DNA from: a virus
Lineage: Duplodnaviria > Heunggongvirae > Uroviricota > Caudoviricetes
IMG/VR virus record: IMGVR_UViG_3300031413_000570
Reading direction: 5' to 3' (one strand)
Length of the DNA stretch: 64,000 nt
Shown here: piece after piece, positions 56,312 through 64,000 of the stretch
Position numbering within the stretch: position 1 is the stretch's first letter
Layout of the letters: each line of letters opens with the position of its first letter
Position numbers and translations under genes: made by a program
The notes under the pieces: generated by a model
What the model was told of the DNA's origin: nothing
The model's input: the letters and a program-made list of their open reading frames with translations, nothing else
The model's database searches: none

Positions 56312-57331
56312 TCAGGCTTTAGTTCTGCAGGTTGGACCTAAGCTGCCTTCACCTTTGAATGGTTTGCCGCAGCGAACACAGTTGCCGGTCTGGAAGACAT
56401 TGTTGATGCTGATTGGACCTGTTGCTTCATTCACAAAAGGAACAACAGTCACTGCAACATCATAGTCACGCCAAGCCTGAATGGCTTGTGGGTTGTCGTC
56501 CACGCAACGCACAACATCGTAATGACGGATGATGTTTTTGTACATGTCTTTCTTTACTTCATAGTCTGGACGGAAGTCAGACTCTGGACGCATGTAAATG
56601 TTTTCGTAAGGAACATTGTGTTCGTCTAACCACTTTTGGGTAGTTTCACGGTAAGGTTCGCTGCGAGCAGTAGTAATGAGAACTGCGAAGCCAGCTTCGT
56701 GAGCATCTTTAGCCATCTGTAACACTTCGTCGTTGGCTGGTTCAAATTCGCTCATACGGTGGAATGAATCAAAGTCACGCTGACGACCTTGAAGGAAGTG
56801 ACGGACTCCGCGAACATCATTCAAAGTACCGTCCATATCGAAACACACAGCTGGCTTTTTGGATGAAGGTTTCACGAAAGGCTTCACTGGGTATGAACCA
56901 GGGAAAACAGGGAACTCTCCGTTAGGGCCTAAACGACTGTACATACGCTTCATTACGTCTTCTGGCACTTGGCGTTCACGGTTAGCGTTACGACGCAAAG
57001 CTTCTTTCAAAGGAATTGGAAAGTCTTTGTGTTCTACAGTTGCACCTAAACGCTGTGCTGCTTTGATTGTCTTAGGCAAGAACTTGGTTGAAAGGTTAGT
57101 ATTGTCAGACATGACATCTTTACCTGCACGGAGAGCTCTTTGAGTAAGATCAAATTCCATCTGGCTGACATCTTTTTCTCGACTGTGGTTGGATGCTGAT
57201 CCAGTCAGAGCTTCACGAATGTCGTCACGGTTGATACGGACACGGTTGTCAGGGTTTTCCATAACCCATTGCTGAGCATATGTTGATTTACCTGAAGCAG
57301 GTATTCCTCTAAGGATTGTTAATGTGGGCAT
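56312..57331 (-). CDS. Polynucleotide kinase/3'-phosphatase (T4 PseT-like) with C-terminal Zn finger
   Basis: GIPASGKST P-loop, RINRDDIR, HAD motif FDMDGTL, ITTARSE, VDD; C-terminal CVRC...GPTC. Confidence 0.9.
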   Translation of the reverse strand: MPTLTILRGIPASGKSTYAQQWVMENPDNRVRINRDDIREALTGSASNHSREKDVSQMEFDLTQRALRAGKDVMSDNTNLSTKFLPKTIKAAQRLGATVEHKDFPIPLKEALRRNANRERQVPEDVMKRMYSRLGPNGEFPVFPGSYPVKPFVKPSSKKPAVCFDMDGTLNDVRGVRHFLQGRQRDFDSFHRMSEFEPANDEVLQMAKDAHEAGFAVLITTARSEPYRETTQKWLDEHNVPYENIYMRPESDFRPDYEVKKDMYKNIIRHYDVVRCVDDNPQAIQAWRDYDVAVTVVPFVNEATGPISINNVFQTGNCVRCGKPFKGEGSLGPTCRTKA

Positions 57332-57613
57332 GTGCTATCTCTAACGTTTCAAGCTTGAGTAAATGAACAGAAAAAATGCCAGCAAGTAAAGCAGTAATTT
57401 CAATTAGAAATTCAAGATTATTCTCTGGTCTCTGAACCATAAAAGAAATACAACAAGTGTACAATAGTAACGCTTTCAGTAATCATCAAGGTTGAATCGA
57501 ATCTGCAGGATGACCTGGGGTAATCCTGCAGATGTATATATATTAAGATGAGATAACGGTGTTGTTATATAACTTTCTATCCACCGATAACACGGTTAAA
57601 CAGAAAGAGAAAA

Positions 57614-58432
57614 ATGAACCGTAAAGCCGTTTTCAGCACAATCGTATTGACACTCAGTGTAGCCATGCTTACTGGATGTACTGCCAATACACCTGAACCA
57701 ACACCTACAAAAACTTCGAGCAGTAAACCTGCACCCACAAAAACGGCTACACCCACACCCACCCCTACCCCAACTTCTACTCCCTCCCCATCAGCTTCTC
57801 CCACTCAAAAACCAACCACTAAGCCAGCTCCTGTACCAGTTCCTGCACCTGAGCCAGAGCCTGCTCCAATCAAAACAACAGTAGTTGAAATTGGTGCAGA
57901 TGAGTTACGTTTTGAAAACCTGGGAGGCAAGACTCTACAGAGTTTCAACTACGAAGACACTCCAGTCAAAGCAATTGCTGCTCTGACCGACTTGTACGGT
58001 TTCGAACCAAAAACAGAGTACACTGGTAACCAAGTCTGCTACGGAGAGTTGAACATCTACAAATGGGACAACATGCGTATCTCTTTCTACACATCAACTC
58101 AAGACCCTAACCAGACAGAATCTTTCTTCGCCGGCACCAGTGAGCCAAACCAGAACTATGAGCGAGTCATTCAAGCCCCTAATGGTGTACAAGTCGGGTT
58201 CTCATACTGGGACTACGTGAACAAGAACCCTAACCTTCTTCACGAAGAAAGCAAAGCCGAATACCCTTACGGTAGCGGTAAAATCCAAGAATGGGCACAA
58301 GCCATGGCTGAGCCAACAGCGAAACCTTTACCTGAAGGTAACGACATGAATGCTTCTGGAAGTATCTACAGCGCAGAGAATGGTACTGTGAAATCCATCG
58401 GAGCTCCTCAGTACCTTTATGGTGACTGCTAA
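57614..58432 (+). CDS. Lipoprotein with Pro/Thr-rich linker
   Basis: LTGC lipobox, PTPTPT and PEPEP low-complexity linker. Confidence 0.8.
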   Translation: MNRKAVFSTIVLTLSVAMLTGCTANTPEPTPTKTSSSKPAPTKTATPTPTPTPTSTPSPSASPTQKPTTKPAPVPVPAPEPEPAPIKTTVVEIGADELRFENLGGKTLQSFNYEDTPVKAIAALTDLYGFEPKTEYTGNQVCYGELNIYKWDNMRISFYTSTQDPNQTESFFAGTSEPNQNYERVIQAPNGVQVGFSYWDYVNKNPNLLHEESKAEYPYGSGKIQEWAQAMAEPTAKPLPEGNDMNASGSIYSAENGTVKSIGAPQYLYGDC

Positions 58433-58436
58433 ATAG

Positions 58437-58478
58437 AATAAGGAAAGCCCCTCAGACATCTGAGGGGCTTTCCTTATT
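58437..58478. terminator. Bidirectional terminator
   Basis: aataaggaaagcccctcaga / tctgaggggctttccttatt. Confidence 0.85.
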
Positions 58479-58484
58479 GTGGGC

Positions 58485-58997
58485 TTAGTATCCAGAAGAG
58501 TAGCCTGCGACACTTACTACTATCAGGTAACCAATGAACAAGATGCTAAGGGCAATGCCAAGATAACCTAAGATAAGACCAGTAAGAGCCAATCCATAAC
58601 CGTTATCCCCAGTTCTTTTAATCTGGGCCAAAGCAATGTGACCCAACACAACAGCTGCAATAGCTCCGATGAAAGAAAGTACAACTTGAGCAATGCCAGC
58701 AGCTAATGCGATAACAGCTAAAACGTTAGTTGAACTCTGCTGATAGACCGGCTGGTTATACGCTTGGTGGTTTTGTATCGCGTAAGGGCTCTGTGGGTGT
58801 CCATACTGATTTTGCTGCGGCTGGTAAGGATTCTGAGGGTAAGGACCCTGAGAATAAGGACCGTGGTTGACAGGAGCTGGGGCAGGAGCCTGTGCCTGAG
58901 GGCCACTGTAGTAATTTGGTTGCTCTGGGTCAGATTTCTTCAAATTTGGCTGACCATGAGGTTCTGGTGTGACTGGGTTGAAATTGTAATCTGTCAT
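58485..58997 (-). CDS. DUF4190-like membrane protein
   Basis: Pro/Gln/Tyr-rich N-terminus; [40 protein letters not shown]. Confidence 0.85.
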   Translation of the reverse strand: MTDYNFNPVTPEPHGQPNLKKSDPEQPNYYSGPQAQAPAPAPVNHGPYSQGPYPQNPYQPQQNQYGHPQSPYAIQNHQAYNQPVYQQSSTNVLAVIALAAGIAQVVLSFIGAIAAVVLGHIALAQIKRTGDNGYGLALTGLILGYLGIALSILFIGYLIVVSVAGYSSGY

Positions 58998-59023
58998 AAT
59001 GAATGTATCGGTCGTTTATAGAA

Positions 59024-59072
59024 GAATGGGGAGTGAATACAGTTAGGCAATCCCTGTATTCACTCCCCATTC
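59024..59072 (-). terminator. Terminator after the exonuclease
   Basis: gaatggggagtgaatacag / ctgtattcactccccattc. Confidence 0.8.
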
Positions 59073-59080
59073 CTGAAACT

Positions 59081-59725
59081 CTACTTACCGTCCCAGGTGA
59101 GAATGTTCATAAGAAGCTCACCCTGCTCAGCTGCATCCTGAACAGCAAGATGGGTATGAGGCAGAGTAGATTTCAGCTTCTTAGGCATGAACCTTTTAGT
59201 GAAACGAGAAATGAGAGTGTTTGCCCGTGTTTTGAACTCGGTTTTGATGTCCAGATGGCGAGAAAAACCAAATGGCGAACCGTTCTTCGAAAATCTCACG
59301 GCGTACCAGTAGGTGAACATGAAGTCAAAACCAAGAGGGTAGGCTGCAAAAATTGCGTTGGTAGTGTCATGCTCTACCTTTTTCGCTTCAACCCATGCCG
59401 AAAAACGTGTCATAGCGTCAACTGGGTCTTCGCCATGCTCAATGATGTAAGCTCTTCGAAGCTCGCCTGTTGTGTCCTTCGCTGAGGCTTCAACTCCGAA
59501 GTTCTCAAACACTCCAACTTTCATGGCGTCACGCTGCCATTCATCAGAAATAGGCTTCAATTCAGCGTAGAATCGATTCTCAGGGGCTGTAACGTCAAAC
59601 TTGACAACCTGCCCATCCTGGGTCTGATAACCCGCTACAACAGCTCCCAGAGCTGTCATGGAGTAAGGCCCTGGAATTGGACCGTCTGCTTCAATGTCTA
59701 CTGAGATGTAAATTTCTTTAATCAT
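59081..59725 (-). CDS. DEDDh 3'-5' exonuclease
   Basis: SVDIEADGP (ExoI), GFDF (ExoII), HLAVQDA (ExoIII). Confidence 0.85.
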   Translation of the reverse strand: MIKEIYISVDIEADGPIPGPYSMTALGAVVAGYQTQDGQVVKFDVTAPENRFYAELKPISDEWQRDAMKVGVFENFGVEASAKDTTGELRRAYIIEHGEDPVDAMTRFSAWVEAKKVEHDTTNAIFAAYPLGFDFMFTYWYAVRFSKNGSPFGFSRHLDIKTEFKTRANTLISRFTKRFMPKKLKSTLPHTHLAVQDAAEQGELLMNILTWDGK

Positions 59726-59745
59726 ATTATCTCAGGATAACATTA

Positions 59746-60324
59746 TTACAGCCATCCTGCAACAATAAGTTTCTTTTTCGCTGGTGTTGTGTAGATTCGA
59801 AGGTTACTAAGGAACTGTTTCGTGCTGTGAGCAGTAACTGGTATCCCAAGTTCTTTTGATAAGCCTGACATCATAGATGACGTATCCGGCTCGCACCAAC
59901 CCATCATGTCAGCGTCCCTCATAATTTGCTCAACAGGTCGATACATTTGCCTGCCAGGATTTTCTGTTGCCTGGATAAGCTGCTTCAAATAAGCTGGTGT
60001 CAACTTGCATTCAACAGAGAAGAACACTTCATAAAAATCAATGAACTTCAAAGCTTTGCGGATGTTGTCAGAGTCAGGACCAGCTGTACCAGTATGGTCA
60101 TAGTCATGGAAGATACCAGCAACCAGAAGATGTCGTAAATCGTAAGAGTTGTAACCGAGTTGGACACCGATGTCGTAAGCATTTACTGCAAACACATAAT
60201 TATGTTCATTGTTGTGATACGGCAAAGAAGCCGCAGGGTTCCTGGATGCAAGTTTCAAGATACCAGTAACAGGTAACTCTGCTTCTTGCAAACGGGAACG
60301 CACTGCGGCTTCTAAGCGGCTCAT
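59746..60324 (-). CDS. HD-domain phosphohydrolase
   Basis: PYHNNEH, FHDYDH, MRDAD. Confidence 0.8.
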   Translation of the reverse strand: MSRLEAAVRSRLQEAELPVTGILKLASRNPAASLPYHNNEHNYVFAVNAYDIGVQLGYNSYDLRHLLVAGIFHDYDHTGTAGPDSDNIRKALKFIDFYEVFFSVECKLTPAYLKQLIQATENPGRQMYRPVEQIMRDADMMGWCEPDTSSMMSGLSKELGIPVTAHSTKQFLSNLRIYTTPAKKKLIVAGWL

Positions 60325-62816
60325 GCTTCCAAAGCCTCCGTGGAGCCAATCTTGTCACGGGTAACGCCATTGAAGGTCAACGCTCCGTCAACGAAATCAA
60401 CCACGACAGCTTTGTTTTCAGTGAACATATCGAACAACAGCATCTCACTGACACCATCTTCCACAAGCTGCTGCATGGCACGACGCAAAGGACGAGCGCC
60501 CAACGACTGGTCGTAACCAACAGTCACGACATGCTTTTTGGCAGCTTCAGTCAAATCGACTGTAACACCAGCAGTGGCAAGACGTACATTCAGACGGGCA
60601 ATGAATACGTCAATGATTTCAACAAGCTCTTCAGTGTTCAGGTGAGGGAACACAACAATGTCGTCAAGGCGGTTCAAGAACTCAGGCTTGAATTCCTGCT
60701 TCAGCTCTGTCAGAACTTTGTTCTTCATTGTGTTGTACGTTGCACCTGTGTCACCCAGAACCTGGAATCCGACAGACCCAGAAGCAATCTGACGTGCACC
60801 AAGGTTGGTTGTCATGATGATGATGGTGTTCTTGAAATCAATCACTCGACCCTGACCGTCAGTAAGACGACCTTCTTCAAGGACCTGCAAAAGCGGGTTG
60901 AAGATGTCAGGATGAGCTTTCTCAATCTCATCAAACAGAATTACGCTGTAAGGCTTACGACGAACACGTTCAGTCAACTGGCCGCCTTCTTCATGTCCAA
61001 CATACCCAGGAGGAGCTCCGAACAGACGAGAAACAGTGTGCTTCTCACCGTACTCGGACATGTCCAACGAGATGAGTGCAGAGTCTTCGTGGAACAAGAA
61101 CTCAGCAAGAGCTTTCGCAAGCTCAGTCTTACCCACACCGGTAGGTCCAGCGAAGATGAACGAACCAGCAGGACGGTTAGGGTCTTTCAACCCTGCACGC
61201 TGACGGCGAACAGTCTTAGAGATAGCCTGAATAGCAGCTTTCTGTCCAATCACTCGGGCAGCCAGCTCAGTTTCCATGCTCATGAGACGCTTGCTGTCAT
61301 CAGTCAGCAAGGTAACAGGGATGCCTGTAGCAGCAGTCAGAACAGCAGCAATCTCAACATCGGTGACAAGGGTAGGCTCATCTGAGGTGGTGTTCTTCTG
61401 TACTTCAGCAGAGATAGCTTCTTTCAGCTTGCTCTCCTGAGCTCTTAAGTCAGCTGCAAGAAGGAAGTCTTCAGCTGCAATAGCTGTTTCTTTCTTTGTA
61501 ATCAGACCAACAAGCTCCAGCTCAAGCTCTTTCACTTCAGGAGGAGTGCTAAGGCGATTGATTTTGGCACGGGCTCCAGCTTCATCCATCAAGTCAATGG
61601 CTTTGTCAGGAAGGAAGCGGTCAGGAACGTAGCGGGAAGAAAGAGTGACAGAAGCTTCGATAGCTTTGTCAGTCAAAGTGATGTTGTGGTGCTTCTCATA
61701 TTCGCTACGCAGACCTTTCAGAATCTGGACAGCTTCAAGGATAGTAGGCTCAACAACATCAACCTGCTGGAAACGACGAGCCATGGCTGCATCTTTTTCG
61801 AAGTGCTTACGGTACTCATCGTAAGTTGTCGCACCGATTGTCTGCATCTCACCACGAGCCAGCACAGGCTTCAGAATGTTAGCAGCGTTCAGTGAACCCT
61901 CTCCACCACCAGCAGTGATGAGAGAATGGATTTCGTCAATGAACACAATGACGTTCGAATCCTGAATTTCCTGAACAAGTTTCTTCAGACGCTGCTCAAA
62001 ATCACCACGATATTTTGTTCCAGCAAGGATACCGGCTAAGTCAAGCGACCATACATCACGCTCTTTCACCGAGTCGGGAAGACTGTCAGAGTTCAGCAAA
62101 GCCTGAGCTAATCCTTCAACGATAGCTGTTTTACCGACACCAGGCTCACCAACAAGGATAGGGTTGTTCTTGGTTCGACGGGAGAGCACCTGAAGAGTAC
62201 GCTCAATTTCTTTACTTCGACCAACAACAGGGTCAAGCTTTCCTTCACGGGCAAGCTGTGAAAGGTTTGTGGCGAACTGTTCAAGGGTAGCAGTCTTCTT
62301 ATTCGAACCAGCCAGACTTACTGGAGAACCTGGTGCAGTGGTACCCGCGAACATAGGAGCATCTTCAGGAGCACGCTCTTCACCATCATTGGCTTTGATG
62401 CTTGCCAGCACAACAGTCTCCAGCTGAGCAATGTCCACTGCAAGCATTGTCAGGCAGCGGTAAGCGTGTGACTCAGTGTTTCGAAGTACAGAGAGAATGA
62501 GAAAATCAGTTGTTACTTTCTTCTTACCCCCGATGTTGAGAGCGAAGAAGAAAGACTTCTCGATGATGTTCTTAGTGTCCTGATCGAAACCAGGAGCAGT
62601 ATTACTGTTCCCAGTTGGAGCATAGGCGGTGGCGATAACCTGAGCTAATGTCTCAGTGGTAACACCAACGGAGTCAAACTTTGCTTTAGTGCTGGGGTGT
62701 TCGGTAAGAGCAAGAAGAATGTATTCACTTCCAGTCTGACCAGCTCCAGCTTCAGTAGCAAGGGCGATGGCTCGGCGGATAATCTGACTTGTGGTGTCCG
62801 TAAAACGGTCGTTCAT
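60321..62816 (-). CDS. clpC: ClpC-type Hsp100 ATPase
   Basis: Clp-N repeats, GEPGVGKT, FIDEIH, UVR-like M domain, GPTGVGKT, DMSEY, SVGF ClpP-docking loop, GARPLRR. Confidence 0.95.
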   Translation of the reverse strand: MNDRFTDTTSQIIRRAIALATEAGAGQTGSEYILLALTEHPSTKAKFDSVGVTTETLAQVIATAYAPTGNSNTAPGFDQDTKNIIEKSFFFALNIGGKKKVTTDFLILSVLRNTESHAYRCLTMLAVDIAQLETVVLASIKANDGEERAPEDAPMFAGTTAPGSPVSLAGSNKKTATLEQFATNLSQLAREGKLDPVVGRSKEIERTLQVLSRRTKNNPILVGEPGVGKTAIVEGLAQALLNSDSLPDSVKERDVWSLDLAGILAGTKYRGDFEQRLKKLVQEIQDSNVIVFIDEIHSLITAGGGEGSLNAANILKPVLARGEMQTIGATTYDEYRKHFEKDAAMARRFQQVDVVEPTILEAVQILKGLRSEYEKHHNITLTDKAIEASVTLSSRYVPDRFLPDKAIDLMDEAGARAKINRLSTPPEVKELELELVGLITKKETAIAAEDFLLAADLRAQESKLKEAISAEVQKNTTSDEPTLVTDVEIAAVLTAATGIPVTLLTDDSKRLMSMETELAARVIGQKAAIQAISKTVRRQRAGLKDPNRPAGSFIFAGPTGVGKTELAKALAEFLFHEDSALISLDMSEYGEKHTVSRLFGAPPGYVGHEEGGQLTERVRRKPYSVILFDEIEKAHPDIFNPLLQVLEEGRLTDGQGRVIDFKNTIIIMTTNLGARQIASGSVGFQVLGDTGATYNTMKNKVLTELKQEFKPEFLNRLDDIVVFPHLNTEELVEIIDVFIARLNVRLATAGVTVDLTEAAKKHVVTVGYDQSLGARPLRRAMQQLVEDGVSEMLLFDMFTENKAVVVDFVDGALTFNGVTRDKIGSTEALEA

Positions 62817-62971
62817 AAAACCATACTTCCTTCTATGTGGTTCACGTAATCATAACACATACACCCAGGTAAAGTAAAACTGAGAGCCTTTTTCATGTGT
62901 CATTCTTGTTAACGTTTATTGGTGTTGTTTTGTTTCCGGGCTTCACCTATTTTATCCGATAAACTAGCATC

Positions 62972-63274
62972 ATGAGTAAAACATGGAAAACTCGCCCTTT
63001 GATGGTACGAATCAACGACAAAGAAGACAAAGCTGTCGATGCTGTTGAAAATCATGACCATTCAGAATTTGAATGCTCTCTTCCTGATTCCCCTGTAGCA
63101 CAGTTGAAACTGACCCATGAACAATGGCGTGCATTGAACTGCCGCTATGACTGGGGTTACTCTGGACACAACTTGTGTGGTTGTCCAATGTGTACAGACC
63201 GTTGGGGTAAAGAAAGCAAAAAGAAAGAGCGTCGTCAAGAAGGACGCAAACTTGCTCAGCAAAAAGACTACTGA
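62972..63274 (+). CDS. Small Cys/His-rich hypothetical protein (likely leaderless)
   Basis: HDH..C, CGCPMC, basic tail; TAAACT 6 nt before ATG. Confidence 0.65.
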   Translation: MSKTWKTRPLMVRINDKEDKAVDAVENHDHSEFECSLPDSPVAQLKLTHEQWRALNCRYDWGYSGHNLCGCPMCTDRWGKESKKKERRQEGRKLAQQKDY

Positions 63275-64000
63275 TTTTTAGTATCTTCAATTAGCTGCAA
63301 AGAAATCCCAAGAATCTTATCGATGCTTTCTTGCAGGTTCACTGAAGGCTTCTCAGTGATAATGTTCTCTTTCTGCAGCTTAGCTTTTTCTTCAGCTGAT
63401 AATGGTGCCGGCCAGGTTCCTGAAATCATTTTGATGGCAATCATTCTTTGTTCAGCAGTACAGTATTCAGGGTACAAGTAATGAGCTTTATAGTAGACGA
63501 CTTCTTCAGGACCTGAGCGTGGCTGCGCATAACATTCGGCTGCTGCTTCTAACCCAGCTGAAGGTAAGAACGGTCGGGTTGTTTTGTTAACTTCCGGCAT
63601 CAACATTTCGAAATCATGGTTTAGCTGTAACAGATGGTAGTAGTAAACAGCTGATTGCAAAGGATTTACATATGTTGGATAGCCGCCTGCCTTCTCTGCA
63701 ACCATCTCTTTCTGCAGCACATGAGCAAATTCATGTTTGTATAACAGACTGGCTTGAGAGAAGTTGCTGTTCACATTCTCTTTCTTTACATAGATGACCT
63801 GAGAATCATCCATGACGTTTACATATCCCATCACGGAAGCTGACCAAGGTCCTACTCCTCCAGAGTGCAAGTCTTCAACCAAACGAATTGATACTGAACC
63901 AAAATCTTTGAAAGGTCGAGAAGCAGAGCTATCCAGCTGGACAGTAACAGGCTTGGAGAAGAATATTACAGCAGCGTTCAAAAGATAGAGAGCTCCTACT
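63268..64000 (-). CDS. Putative zinc metallopeptidase-like protein, probably truncated by the window edge
   Basis: HEFAH (HExxH) and downstream EAAAE; frame remains open to position 64000. Confidence 0.5.
   Translation of the reverse strand, partial: VGALYLLNAAVIFFSKPVTVQLDSSASRPFKDFGSVSIRLVEDLHSGGVGPWSASVMGYVNVMDDSQVIYVKKENVNSNFSQASLLYKHEFAHVLQKEMVAEKAGGYPTYVNPLQSAVYYYHLLQLNHDFEMLMPEVNKTTRPFLPSAGLEAAAECYAQPRSGPEEVVYYKAHYLYPEYCTAEQRMIAIKMISGTWPAPLSAEEKAKLQKENIITEKPSVNLQESIDKILGISLQLIEDTKNQ

Noticed and set aside
57680-57870. Pro/Thr repeats in the lipoprotein, and the poly-Asp codon run at about 37335-37370
   Set aside because: Ordinary low-complexity coding sequence, not independent repeat elements.
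60531-61385. 284 aa ORF antisense to clpC
   Set aside because: It lies entirely opposite a well-supported gene and has no RBS or motifs; a typical antisense shadow from codon bias.
1-64000. CRISPR array, integrase or transposase, and stop-codon recoding
   Set aside because: No regularly spaced repeats or recombinase motifs were seen, and recognisable proteins are full length under code 11.

Overview
This window looks like part of a large extrachromosomal element of an actinobacterium (jumbo phage or megaplasmid-like; host probably Micrococcales), not a chromosome. It is densely coding in genetic code 11, looks AT-richer by eye than typical actinobacterial chromosomes (not counted), is split into many short terminator-bounded units, and has no recognisable virion structural genes or CRISPR array. 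Host-like genes of actinobacterial type occur without their usual chromosomal neighbours: clpP1/clpP2, clpC, dnaG, a topoisomerase IV/gyrase-like pair, DivIVA-like, pncA, YqeY, PTH2-like, TerD, SRPBCC. Defence and counter-defence genes include two C5 methylases (one M.HhaI-like next to a putative endonuclease), a Mod-like methylase with an altered catalytic motif, two NERD proteins, a GIY-YIG/RAMA-like protein and an ADP-ribosyltransferase. Main highlights: (1) six enzymes from four unrelated families carry short Cys-rich N-terminal leaders (MC-x5-GG[RQ]RC, or a looser C-x-[AS]...C type), and the three MC-type genes share an upstream CCGATAG-n(1-3)-TATAA motif, suggesting a co-regulated sorting or packaging tag; (2) a duplicated module of a giant KTSC/Zn-ribbon/SWIM/amidoligase protein with a conserved unknown partner, plus a gamma-glutamylcyclotransferase at one copy; (3) a tRNA-rescue cluster (tRNA nucleotidyltransferase, RNA ligase, small alarmone hydrolase-like HD protein, PNKP) around a separately transcribed tRNA-like gene with about 55 extra nt in its anticodon loop. 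All family assignments come from motif recognition by eye; no database searches were run.
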